From NCBI GenBank assembly GCA_021513695.1, contig CP084166.1:320001-384000 (forward strand): DNA of 64,000 nt, given 5' to 3'. Made by a program: the position numbers and the translations under genes. Below, one piece after another: positions 9,804 to 19,228 of this stretch (position 1 is the first letter of the stretch; each line of letters opens with the position of its first letter). The notes under the pieces are model-generated. The model made no database searches and had not been told where the DNA came from. It saw only the letters and a program-made list of their open reading frames with translations. This stretch comes from Candidatus Heimdallarchaeum aukensis. GTDB taxonomy: Archaea > Asgardarchaeota > Heimdallarchaeia > Heimdallarchaeales > Heimdallarchaeaceae.

Positions 9804-11621
9804 ATGAGCTTTTCAAAGAAAGAATTATTAAAATATGGTTTGACTTTTACATTAATTATAGTCACTGTTGTTCTTACAATGGTTTTTACTAAAGGAACAG
9901 TTCAGACTGGTGAACATGTAGCTACACTTGAATGTTATTACGACAATGGTAAAGAACAGTTTAATTATACATACACATTTAGTTTTGAGCTAATTAAAGG
10001 TTCAAGTTATCCTTCAGTTACTGAAGTATTACCTCTTGGAGACATCTATAAACTTTGGATTCAATATGTTCCCAAAATTCATGTTGGTTATGATGAACAG
10101 ATGTTCATAAAAGTCTCAATTACTGATTTGGTAGATGATAATGTTAAACCAGTTCCTGTAATTGGTAATTTTTCCTTGGAGATAAGGAGTCTTTCAGGAA
10201 AGGGACTAGATTTAGTTCTTCCCGCTTCTGGTATAGAGGAAGATTATAGAGGACAAAAGTGGATAGACTTTAAATTACGATTACCTTATGAAACAAATGT
10301 AGTTTTGTCTCTATTGTTTGTAGTGGGTATTCTATGGGTTACTGAAACCATTCCTTTAGTTGCTACAAGTTTTCTTATCCCTGTTATAGGAGTAATGGCT
10401 CTTAATTTAAGTGCAAAGGGTTTGCTTGCTCCATTTGCAGAACCTGTTATATTCCTATTTCTCGGTGGTTTTGTAATTTCTAAAGCAATGAATAGAACAG
10501 GGTTAGATAAATGGATTAGTCTCAATATTGTAAGAATTAGTCCTAACAAACCTAAAATACTTATGTTATTAATGATGACATTTAGTGCAATTTTGTCAAT
10601 GTTTATGTCTAATACTGCTACGGCTGCAACGATGATTCCAATAGCAACAGCAGTTTCTGATAAATTAAAAACAGGGAAAAAAGAAGAAGATGTTCATATT
10701 GAAAGATACGGAAAAGCTCTAATTTTAGGAATTGCGTATAGTGCTTCACTGGGAGGAATAGGATCTGCAATTGGTACTCCAGCTAACCCTATTGCTATTG
10801 CTCTATTAAGAGACTATGCAGGAGTAGAAATAAGCTTCATTAAATGGTTTGTATTTGGACTTCCTATTGTTTTCGTAATGTTGCCTATAATGTGGTTATA
10901 CATCTGGGCTGTTTACAAGCCTCAAGTTCCTTCAGGAAGAATAGAAAACGCAAAAGTGGCAGTAAAGAAAGAAATAGATAACATGGGTCCATTAAACAAA
11001 AAACAAATTTACGTATTATTTGTATTCTTAACAGCATTAACTCTATGGTTCTTGGAAAGACCTTTAAAGAAAATTATGCCTACTTTTTCAAGTAGTATAG
11101 TTGCTATTATTGCTGCAATTATGATTTTTGTTCCTAATGTTTTGCAAGATAAAGATATCAATGATTTAAATTGGAATGCTTTACTTATCTTTGGTGGAGG
11201 GCTAGTGCTGGGAGTTATTATGACTGAATCTGGAACAGGAGACATGATAGCTTTTTCAATTGCTAATTTTCAGATTACAAGTAAGTTACTATTCTTATTC
11301 ATAATTACAATACTAAGTGTAGCACTAACGTTTGTAGCTTCAAATACTGGAGCAGCAGCAATTATTGTTCCGCTGGTTATACCACTAGGATTAATATTTG
11401 ATATTGATCCAGTTTTGTTGGCTGTAATCGCCGCAATTGGTTCAAGTATTGATTTTATGCTTCCTCAAGGAACTCCACCAACAATGATTGCTTATAGTAC
11501 AGGAAAATATACAGTAAAGGAAATGGTGAAAATAGGATTTCTAATTGTATTACTTGGTACTGTACTTCTTGCCTTTGTGTTCCCATTCTTCTGGAGATTT
11601 ATTGGAGTAGTCTATTTCTAA
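9804..11621 (+). CDS. ion-transporter-superfamily anion permease (DASS/CitT/ArsB-NhaD-like) with N-terminal ~170-aa extracytoplasmic domain
   Basis: N-terminal TM anchor + soluble domain, then ~12 TM helices with duplicated hairpin regions (MSNTATAATMIPIA and ASNTGAAAIIVPL) typical of DASS/IT-superfamily permeases. Confidence 0.55.
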   Translation: MSFSKKELLKYGLTFTLIIVTVVLTMVFTKGTVQTGEHVATLECYYDNGKEQFNYTYTFSFELIKGSSYPSVTEVLPLGDIYKLWIQYVPKIHVGYDEQMFIKVSITDLVDDNVKPVPVIGNFSLEIRSLSGKGLDLVLPASGIEEDYRGQKWIDFKLRLPYETNVVLSLLFVVGILWVTETIPLVATSFLIPVIGVMALNLSAKGLLAPFAEPVIFLFLGGFVISKAMNRTGLDKWISLNIVRISPNKPKILMLLMMTFSAILSMFMSNTATAATMIPIATAVSDKLKTGKKEEDVHIERYGKALILGIAYSASLGGIGSAIGTPANPIAIALLRDYAGVEISFIKWFVFGLPIVFVMLPIMWLYIWAVYKPQVPSGRIENAKVAVKKEIDNMGPLNKKQIYVLFVFLTALTLWFLERPLKKIMPTFSSSIVAIIAAIMIFVPNVLQDKDINDLNWNALLIFGGGLVLGVIMTESGTGDMIAFSIANFQITSKLLFLFIITILSVALTFVASNTGAAAIIVPLVIPLGLIFDIDPVLLAVIAAIGSSIDFMLPQGTPPTMIAYSTGKYTVKEMVKIGFLIVLLGTVLLAFVFPFFWRFIGVVYF

Positions 11622-11642
11622 ATTATTCTTCTTTTTATTTTT

Positions 11643-12506
11643 TTATTCTTCAAAAATTCTTTTTCTAATTTCTCTTGCTGTTGGAGTGTTAGCAATTCCT
11701 CCTAAACCTGTTTCTTTCAGTTCGTAAGCCATTTTCTTGCCCACATTACTCATTGCAGCAACTACTTCATCAACAGGAATGATGGAAGATACCCCGCTTA
11801 AAGCTAACTCAGAAGCTAGAAAAGCATTCATTACTCCAATAGTATTTCTCTTAATGCAAGGAGAAATTACTAAACCAGCTACAGGGTCACATACTAAGCC
11901 CATTAAATTGATCAAGCACAAAGATATTGCTTCAAAAATCTGACTTAATGATCCTCCAGCTAAATAAGTAATTGCTGCAGCGCTCATTGCTGAAGCTACA
12001 CCCACTTCAGCTTGACAACCTCCTTCACTCCCAGAAAGAGTAGCTTTATTGCCAATAATTGCTCCAACAACTCCTCCTACAATCAGAGCTTTAAGTGATT
12101 TTTCTTTACTTGTTTTTAATTTTTCTTCAGCTTTGAACAAAACAGCAGGAAAAACCCCAGAAGAACCAGCTGTAGGACAAGCAACAATTACTCCCATACC
12201 GCTATTATATTCTGCAATACTCATAGTCCAATAAACAGCTTCTTTCATATCTTCATCTAAAAAGAAAGGTGCAGAAGTTAATTTGTCACTTTGACCGATC
12301 GCTTCTTCGATAGGTAGAATAGTTTTCTCAGATAGAGCATTTTCAAGAGATTTTTTCATGGTTTCATAGATTTTGTTAGTTCTTTCAAGAATCTCTTCTT
12401 TTGTTTTGCCAGTTGTATGTATTTCTTCAAGAATAATAAATTCAGCAATGTCATCAATTTTGCTTTTTATAAATTCATCATAAAAATGAATAAATGATTC
12501 AAACAT
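11643..12506 (-). CDS. sdaAA: L-serine dehydratase, iron-sulfur-dependent, alpha chain
   Basis: Serine dehydratase alpha-type sequence (GGCQAEVGVASAMSAAAITYLAGGS, SPCIKRNTIGV); overlaps beta chain gene by 8 nt. Confidence 0.75.
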   Translation of the reverse strand: MFESFIHFYDEFIKSKIDDIAEFIILEEIHTTGKTKEEILERTNKIYETMKKSLENALSEKTILPIEEAIGQSDKLTSAPFFLDEDMKEAVYWTMSIAEYNSGMGVIVACPTAGSSGVFPAVLFKAEEKLKTSKEKSLKALIVGGVVGAIIGNKATLSGSEGGCQAEVGVASAMSAAAITYLAGGSLSQIFEAISLCLINLMGLVCDPVAGLVISPCIKRNTIGVMNAFLASELALSGVSSIIPVDEVVAAMSNVGKKMAYELKETGLGGIANTPTAREIRKRIFEE

Positions 12507-13173
12507 TTAGAACCCTCACTAATTTTACGTTTTCTAATTGCTCTATCTCAGAAGAAAGTTCTTCAGAAATTATTGAGTTTACTTCAATCCAAGTTAGTGC
12601 TTCTCTTTTTCTTGTATTCTTGGTCAATTTCATAGAATCTATATTTATTTTATGTTTTGCAATCACAGAGGTTATTTTAGATATTATTCCAGGTAAATCT
12701 TTATGAACAATTATTAAAGTAGGCAAATCTGCGTTGAAACCTGCTTCATAACCATCAATTTCTTTAATTATAATATTTCCACCACCAATTGAGCTTCCTA
12801 TTAATTCGATTTTTTTGTTCTCTTTTTTTATTCGAAGTAATACAGAATTTGGATGAAAGTCTCCACCTAAATCACTTCTTATTATTCTAAATTTCATTCC
12901 ATTTTCTTCTGCGAAAAAGAAAGCCTTTCTTATTCTCTCATCATCAGGCTTGAAACCTAAAAGTCCTGCTACTATTGCTTTATCTGTTCCATGTCCTTTG
13001 TAAGTTTCTGAAAAAGATCCATGTAAAATAATTTCTGCTTGTGTTGGAGTATCACCTAATAATTGGTAGGTAACATAAGCTATTCTACAAGCTCCTGCTG
13101 TATGGCTAGAACTTGGCCCTACCATTATATGACCTATAACGTCAAATATTGAATCGTATTTCACATATTCCAA
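12499..13173 (-). CDS. sdaAB: L-serine dehydratase beta chain with C-terminal ACT-like domain
   Basis: Hallmark N-terminal motif VGPSSSHTAGACRIA of SdaAB; ~220 aa. Confidence 0.75.
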   Translation of the reverse strand: MEYVKYDSIFDVIGHIMVGPSSSHTAGACRIAYVTYQLLGDTPTQAEIILHGSFSETYKGHGTDKAIVAGLLGFKPDDERIRKAFFFAEENGMKFRIIRSDLGGDFHPNSVLLRIKKENKKIELIGSSIGGGNIIIKEIDGYEAGFNADLPTLIIVHKDLPGIISKITSVIAKHKINIDSMKLTKNTRKREALTWIEVNSIISEELSSEIEQLENVKLVRVLNV

Positions 13174-13188
13174 AAAAAGAATTTAATC

Positions 13189-14565
13189 TTAAACTTTCTC
13201 TTTATATTGTGGAAAAACTATACGAAAGACTACTTTTCCATTGTTATTTGAAGAGACCTCTATTGATGCATTATATCTTTCTAATATTTTTCTTACTAAA
13301 TATAACCCTAGGCCTGAGCCTCTATGTTCTCCAGCTGAGAATCCCTTATCAAAAATGTACTCTTTTATTGATTGATCAATTTTTGAACCATTGTTCTGGA
13401 TTTCTAGAATAGCCTCTTCATTATCTTTCTTTATATTAAATTCTATTTTATTTGCTTTACCATGTTTGATTGCATTAGAAATAATATTTGATAACGCAAA
13501 AATCAGCAATTTATCACAATTTACTTCCGCATCACCATTAATAGTAAATTCTATTGGTTCTGCTAGATAAATAATAATTATCTTTTCAATAACTTCTTTT
13601 AAACTAACAATTTCAAAGTTTAATGCTGATGATAATGTTTCATGAAGAATGTTTATTCTATGAATTAACTGAAAACCTCTATTTACAGCTCTTAGAGCTC
13701 TGTGAAGCAAATTTTTATCTTCTGTTTCTAAATAAACATCAATCATCCCTTCTATCACTAATAAGTCATTTTGTAAATCATGTCTTAAAACACTTAGTAA
13801 AGTTTCTAATACTTCACTGTATTTGTTAGCTTCAGCTATGGCTCTCTCTTGAGCTGAAACATTTATACCAGTTGCAATAATATATTCTACTTCTTTCTTA
13901 TTGCAGATAATAGAATAAGACCACGAAATCTCAACAACTTCATTTGATTTTGTTTGTAGTTCACTTACAAAACTAAATGGGTTACTTTTGCATTCAAGTT
14001 GTTTGAAGAAAATATCTTTTATTCTTTCTTTTTCAGTTTTAATGAAAAAATCCCAAAAATATTTTCCTTCAATTTCTTGAACTGAAAAGCCTATTAGTTT
14101 TTCAAGCTCGTTATTGAATTTTATGATTTTGCCTTTATTATCAATAACTACAAGTAAATTTCTTGAAATTTTTGCTATTGAATTGAAAATATCAAACTCT
14201 TTTTTTTCTACTAAAATATCTCCAGCAGTTTTTGATTTGATTGCATGTATAAGTAAATAGTTCTCGTTCATAGATTGACTGTAAAATAGTTTAAATGGAA
14301 TTTGGTTACCATGTTTATTAATTAATCTTCCATCTTCCATGAAAAAAATATCTTTTTTATTTTTTTCAAATATTAAATTACACACTTCATTTGGCATAAT
14401 TTTGGTAATTTTTTCATTAATTATCTCTTCTCGATGAAATTCTAGTTCCTTTGCAAGTGAGTTATGTATGAAAACAATTTCTTTGCTTTCAGTATTAATA
14501 ACTATAGAAAATACTTGTGAATCTTCTAGAAATTCAACTAATTTTAAATCGTCTAATTTCATCAA
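13189..14565 (-). CDS. PAS-domain sensor histidine kinase
   Basis: Two PAS-like regions, HisKA H-box (LSVLRHDLQNDL), HATPase_c N/G boxes (NAIKHG, GSGLGLYLVRKI); no response regulator adjacent. Confidence 0.75.
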   Translation of the reverse strand: MMKLDDLKLVEFLEDSQVFSIVINTESKEIVFIHNSLAKELEFHREEIINEKITKIMPNEVCNLIFEKNKKDIFFMEDGRLINKHGNQIPFKLFYSQSMNENYLLIHAIKSKTAGDILVEKKEFDIFNSIAKISRNLLVVIDNKGKIIKFNNELEKLIGFSVQEIEGKYFWDFFIKTEKERIKDIFFKQLECKSNPFSFVSELQTKSNEVVEISWSYSIICNKKEVEYIIATGINVSAQERAIAEANKYSEVLETLLSVLRHDLQNDLLVIEGMIDVYLETEDKNLLHRALRAVNRGFQLIHRINILHETLSSALNFEIVSLKEVIEKIIIIYLAEPIEFTINGDAEVNCDKLLIFALSNIISNAIKHGKANKIEFNIKKDNEEAILEIQNNGSKIDQSIKEYIFDKGFSAGEHRGSGLGLYLVRKILERYNASIEVSSNNNGKVVFRIVFPQYKEKV

Positions 14566-14606
14566 AAGAAATAAAGAAAAGAACTATATATTCTTTTTTT
14601 TATGTC

Positions 14607-17063
14607 TTAAAACTCATCGCCGAAAAATAGTTCGTCTTTTTCTTCTTTTGGGAGTTTACTTGGCCACCAATTCCATTTTTGTGCAAGAGACATTATTGCA
14701 GGAACAAGAATAGTCCTAATAACAAAAGTGTCAACTATGACAGCAAAGCATAACATAAAGCCAAATTGATTTAGAACCATCTCTTTACTCAGCATTAAAC
14801 CTGAAAAAGCTATAGCCATTATAATTCCTGCAGCAGAAATTATTGGACCTGTTCTATATACCCCTTTATGTATAGAAGCTGTTTCTGTATATCCTTTTTT
14901 TCTATATTCACTTATTCTACTCAACAAGAAGATGTCATAATCTAGACCCAACCCTACTAGAATTGAAAAAGCCATTATAGGAGTGATCCAATACATAGCA
15001 TCTACTGTTTTAAGGGGTTCAAAAAGCCAATCTACAATATTCAATTCAAAAATTAAAACAGCAAATCCATATATCCAGCTTAAAGTTAAAGCAATAGTAA
15101 ACAACAGTCTCAAAGGAACAAAAACTGATCCAAACATTAGTGCAATAAGTACATAAACAATAATTATTGTAACTATTATCATTATCGGGAATAATTCATA
15201 CACCTTATCTATAGAGTCAACTATTGTACAGATTCCTCCTGCAAGATAAAACTTGTAGTCTGAAGAAGTTAAATTTGCACTGAATTCATCTAGGAATATT
15301 CTTACTTGTTTTACAAAATCTTCTGAAGCAAAGGGGTCAAAAGGTGTGTTTATTTGAATTACTGCTGAAGAATTAGAAGGGTTAACATATCTTTGAAAAG
15401 CGATTCTGTACAATTGAGCTTCGTTGGAATAGTAAAGAGAGGAATTAGAATCAAGAAATTGCAAAGCATAAATATAAGGAATAGGAAGGCCATTAGGTTG
15501 AGTGAAAATAGATAGAATATTTTCGTATGGAATATTCAAAGAGGTGTTTATGCTTTCAATTAATTGTTGTGCTACATTGAAGAAAGTTTGATTAAATACT
15601 GCATTATCCTCAGGACCTTGAATAATAATATAATAAGGAAAAATCACTCCAGGATCAAATTCTTCTATAAGCATGTTATAGGTCTGTACAGATGGCATGT
15701 TTCTTGGAAAAACTTGGTTTGTATCAACTGTATGTTTAAGTTTAACCACTTGGATACTTATTGGAATGGCTGCAATCAAAACAACCAAAATAATAATTAC
15801 AGAATATTTAGTTGAAAATTTAGAGATTCTATACCAGATAGATTTTAGTTGGTTTTCCAACTCAATGCTTTCTTTGTCTTTAACAGAGATGTCTTTTTCT
15901 TTTTTTCTTCTTTCAGCTATTTTCCTAGCAAAGAAAAAGTCACTGAAGAATTTCTGGAAAATCAAAAGTAATGAAGGAGTAATAGTTAAGTTTACGATAA
16001 TAGTTATAAGAACGGCAATTGAAGCACCGATTCCTATTGATTGAAGTAAATCCATTGGGAAAAATATTAGTCCCATGAAACATATAGCAAGAGTTAATCC
16101 TGAAACAATGATTGTATGTCCCGCATGTTCACTCATCAAGGCTACAGCAGTAGAAACATTTTTACCCTTTAATATTTCTTCTCTATATCTTGTTAAAAGA
16201 AAAAGGCTATAGTCGATAGACATTGCAATAACACAAGACATTATTACGCTAGGTGCAAATGAAATAACGTTTATTGAGTTGGAAATAGGTAACATGATTA
16301 AGAATGAAGTAAAAGTGCTTAAAATCATTGTAAATATGGGTATTATCATTAACCTGAAACTTCGTAAAACTAAAGCTAAAACAATAAGAGCTATAGGAAG
16401 AACAACTGCATCCATTCTTGCTAAATCATGTTTTGTTCCATTTTCAATATCTAAAATTAAAATATCAGAGCCTGTTAGACCGATATAATATTTTTCTTTA
16501 TCAATGTCTAGTTTCTCAATTTCATTTTCAAGAAAATTTTGTAAAGCTTGAATTTGATTTTTGGAAGCATTAAGATACTCAATAACGGTGATAAGAGAGT
16601 AACCATCTTTAGAAACAAGTTCATTAGCCAGATCTGTAAATCCTAAATTTACAAGAGTAAAGTAATCCTGCGTAGATTCGATTATTTCGTTATATTCAAA
16701 ATTTTCTAATGAAGAAATTATACTTTTTACTGTCTCATTAACTTCTTGATTTATAACTGATTGCTGCTCTTTGTTTTTGATTAAAATTATTATATTTGAT
16801 TCACTTTCTCTATCAGGAAATTCTGAAATAAATATTTCTTCGGCTATAGCTGATGGAGAACCCGCAGGAGAGTCAAAAACTAGTTTTGTATTAGACAAGA
16901 ATCTAGGCCCTAACCATACTCCAAACGCAAGAATTACCAACCAGAGTATTAAAACTACATGTTTATATTTTTGTAAGAACTTGTGATACAGTTGAACAAA
17001 TTTCATATTGAAAGATATTTCGTGCAAATTATTTATTATTTTCGTAATATTTTTTTTATACAT
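14607..17063 (-). CDS. MMPL/RND-superfamily membrane transporter
   Basis: 818 aa, two 6-TM bundles each following a large extracytoplasmic domain, typical MMPL/SSD topology. Confidence 0.65.
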   Translation of the reverse strand: MYKKNITKIINNLHEISFNMKFVQLYHKFLQKYKHVVLILWLVILAFGVWLGPRFLSNTKLVFDSPAGSPSAIAEEIFISEFPDRESESNIIILIKNKEQQSVINQEVNETVKSIISSLENFEYNEIIESTQDYFTLVNLGFTDLANELVSKDGYSLITVIEYLNASKNQIQALQNFLENEIEKLDIDKEKYYIGLTGSDILILDIENGTKHDLARMDAVVLPIALIVLALVLRSFRLMIIPIFTMILSTFTSFLIMLPISNSINVISFAPSVIMSCVIAMSIDYSLFLLTRYREEILKGKNVSTAVALMSEHAGHTIIVSGLTLAICFMGLIFFPMDLLQSIGIGASIAVLITIIVNLTITPSLLLIFQKFFSDFFFARKIAERRKKEKDISVKDKESIELENQLKSIWYRISKFSTKYSVIIILVVLIAAIPISIQVVKLKHTVDTNQVFPRNMPSVQTYNMLIEEFDPGVIFPYYIIIQGPEDNAVFNQTFFNVAQQLIESINTSLNIPYENILSIFTQPNGLPIPYIYALQFLDSNSSLYYSNEAQLYRIAFQRYVNPSNSSAVIQINTPFDPFASEDFVKQVRIFLDEFSANLTSSDYKFYLAGGICTIVDSIDKVYELFPIMIIVTIIIVYVLIALMFGSVFVPLRLLFTIALTLSWIYGFAVLIFELNIVDWLFEPLKTVDAMYWITPIMAFSILVGLGLDYDIFLLSRISEYRKKGYTETASIHKGVYRTGPIISAAGIIMAIAFSGLMLSKEMVLNQFGFMLCFAVIVDTFVIRTILVPAIMSLAQKWNWWPSKLPKEEKDELFFGDEF

Positions 17064-17180
17064 ATTTTATGCGCTCAGATGAACTTCTTAGTGGCAAAAT
17101 CGTTTAACCATCTAATTTTACTGTTTAAATTTTTTTTGAAACAGAAAAAGATTAAAAAAGGAAGAAAGAAACACTAAATT

Positions 17181-19190
17181 ATGAATAGTGAATTAATACA
17201 GATTGAAGATTATTATAAAATTAAGAAGATCAACAAAGTTCTTTTTTCATCTGATAAAAAGATTATTTTTGAAGAACAAAAGGTTTTGAAGAAAAAAAAT
17301 GACTATTCTACTACTTTTTATCTTATTGATGAAAATAATAAAGCTAGACAATTCTCTTTAGGAATGGATAAAGATTATTCTATGAAATTTAACTCCTCAA
17401 AGAATGAAATGGCTTTTCTTTCTATTAGAGGAGAAAAAAAGGCAAAACCTCAAATATTTCTTATTCGTATGGATGGAGGAGAAGCTATAAAACTAACTTC
17501 TGTTCCTAATGGTGTTCAATTTTTCAACTGGTCACTTGATGACAAAAAAATTGTTTTTCTTCATAGAATTAATAAACAAGAGGAAGAAGAGGAAAACAAG
17601 AAAAAAGAAAATAAAAAAGAAAAAGATAAAGACGAAATAGAAGAGAAAGTTATCAATTTAATAAAAGAGGAGAAAGAGAAAAAGAAAGTTGATCCACGTA
17701 TAGTAAAGAAAATTGTTTATAGAAAAGGAACAAATTATTTAGATGATAGATATTCTCATATTTACATTTTTGATATAGAAACAAAGAAAATAGAGCGTGT
17801 GACTTCTGGTGATTTTGATTACTTTTCTCCTGTATTAGGAGACAAAATCATTTATGCAGTAAAACATAAAGTACAAAATAATCTTAATGATTCTACAACT
17901 TTTTCTATTGTGAAAATAGATTTAGAAAGTAGAAAAGAAATTGAAATAAAAGAAGTTTATGGATGGTCTGTAAATTTAGCTCTTACAAAAGATTTGAATT
18001 GGTTAGTCTACAATTGTTCTCTTGAAAAAGAAGGTATTTCTAGACAAAATATGGATTTAAAGGCTTTTAATTTGGAGACTATGGAAGAAACATGGATAAC
18101 AGAACAAATTGATAACCATGCTTTTAATTTTAAAATCAAAGGAAATTATGTTTACTTTGTTTCTGATTCTTGGGAAATTCATGAACTTTGGAGATATGAT
18201 CTGGAAAATAAGAAATTAGAAAAAATTCTAACAGATAATTTTATGATTTATGATTATGATGTAGAACTTGAAAACAACCAAGTAGTAATAAATGCATCTA
18301 AAGAAGATGAGATTTCTTCACTGATAATTTACGATTTAAGCAAAAAGAACCAAAAAACGATTTATAAATCAAATGAGGATTGGTTAAAAGACAAAAAACT
18401 CGCTAAACATGAAGAGATTAGGTATAAAGGATACAATAATAAAGAGATTCAAGGATGGATAGTCAAACCTCCAAATTTCGATGAAAACAAGAAATATCCA
18501 GTTATTTTAGAGATACATGGAGGACCTTCAGCTACATGGTCTCCACATGAAAGAACTATGTGGCACGAATTTCAATCTTTTGCTTCAATGGGTTATGTAA
18601 TATTTTATTGCAACCCTAGAGGAAGTAGTGGTCGAGGACTAGAATACAGAAATGTAAAAGGAAATTGGGGAGAAGAACCTTCAACTGACATCCTACGTGG
18701 ATTTAATTTAGTTTTAGAAAAAACATATGTAGATAAAGATAATGCATTCATTACAGGAGGAAGTTATGGAGGTTACATGACAGCTTGGATTATAGGTCAT
18801 GATAACAGGTTTCAAGCTGCAGTTCCCCAAAGAGGAGTATATAATTTAGTAAGTTTCTGGAGTACTACAGATATCACCCAGTTTACAAAAGAGCAAATGG
18901 GTTATTATCCTTGGGAAAACATGGAACTGCTTTGGAAGCAATCTCCTATAGCATATGTTGAAGATATAAAGACACCAACAAGAATAATACATTCAGAGAA
19001 CGATTTTAGAGTACCAATCTCGCAAGGAGAAGAACTTTTTGCTTCTTTACTCAAATTAGGTGTAGAAACAGAATTGATCCGTTATCCAAAAGAGGGACAC
19101 GAACTTTCTCGTTCAGGGATGCCAAAACACATTGAAGATAGATTGAATAAAATAATTGAATGGTTTGAAAAACACAAGAACAAAAAATAA
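17181..19190 (+). CDS. S9 family serine peptidase (prolyl oligopeptidase/acylaminoacyl peptidase-like)
   Basis: N-terminal beta-propeller-like region, C-terminal alpha/beta hydrolase with GGSYGG nucleophile elbow, downstream Asp and His (HSENDFRVP...GHEL). Confidence 0.8.
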   Translation: MNSELIQIEDYYKIKKINKVLFSSDKKIIFEEQKVLKKKNDYSTTFYLIDENNKARQFSLGMDKDYSMKFNSSKNEMAFLSIRGEKKAKPQIFLIRMDGGEAIKLTSVPNGVQFFNWSLDDKKIVFLHRINKQEEEEENKKKENKKEKDKDEIEEKVINLIKEEKEKKKVDPRIVKKIVYRKGTNYLDDRYSHIYIFDIETKKIERVTSGDFDYFSPVLGDKIIYAVKHKVQNNLNDSTTFSIVKIDLESRKEIEIKEVYGWSVNLALTKDLNWLVYNCSLEKEGISRQNMDLKAFNLETMEETWITEQIDNHAFNFKIKGNYVYFVSDSWEIHELWRYDLENKKLEKILTDNFMIYDYDVELENNQVVINASKEDEISSLIIYDLSKKNQKTIYKSNEDWLKDKKLAKHEEIRYKGYNNKEIQGWIVKPPNFDENKKYPVILEIHGGPSATWSPHERTMWHEFQSFASMGYVIFYCNPRGSSGRGLEYRNVKGNWGEEPSTDILRGFNLVLEKTYVDKDNAFITGGSYGGYMTAWIIGHDNRFQAAVPQRGVYNLVSFWSTTDITQFTKEQMGYYPWENMELLWKQSPIAYVEDIKTPTRIIHSENDFRVPISQGEELFASLLKLGVETELIRYPKEGHELSRSGMPKHIEDRLNKIIEWFEKHKNKK

Positions 19191-19228
19191 TCCTCTTTTT
19201 TTTGTAAAAAAAATAAAATGGAAAAAGG
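19191..19228. terminator. bidirectional oligo-T/oligo-A terminator between convergent genes
   Basis: T8 (19196-19203) then A8 (19207-19214) between + gene ending 19190 and - gene ending 19229. Confidence 0.35.

Noticed and set aside
12494-12706. ORF 12494..12706 (+) and other short + ORFs over the serine dehydratase genes
   Set aside because: Antisense to sdaAA/sdaAB which carry diagnostic motifs
15564-16488. Three + strand ORFs inside the MMPL transporter gene
   Set aside because: Antisense to an 818-aa membrane transporter with consistent topology; spurious
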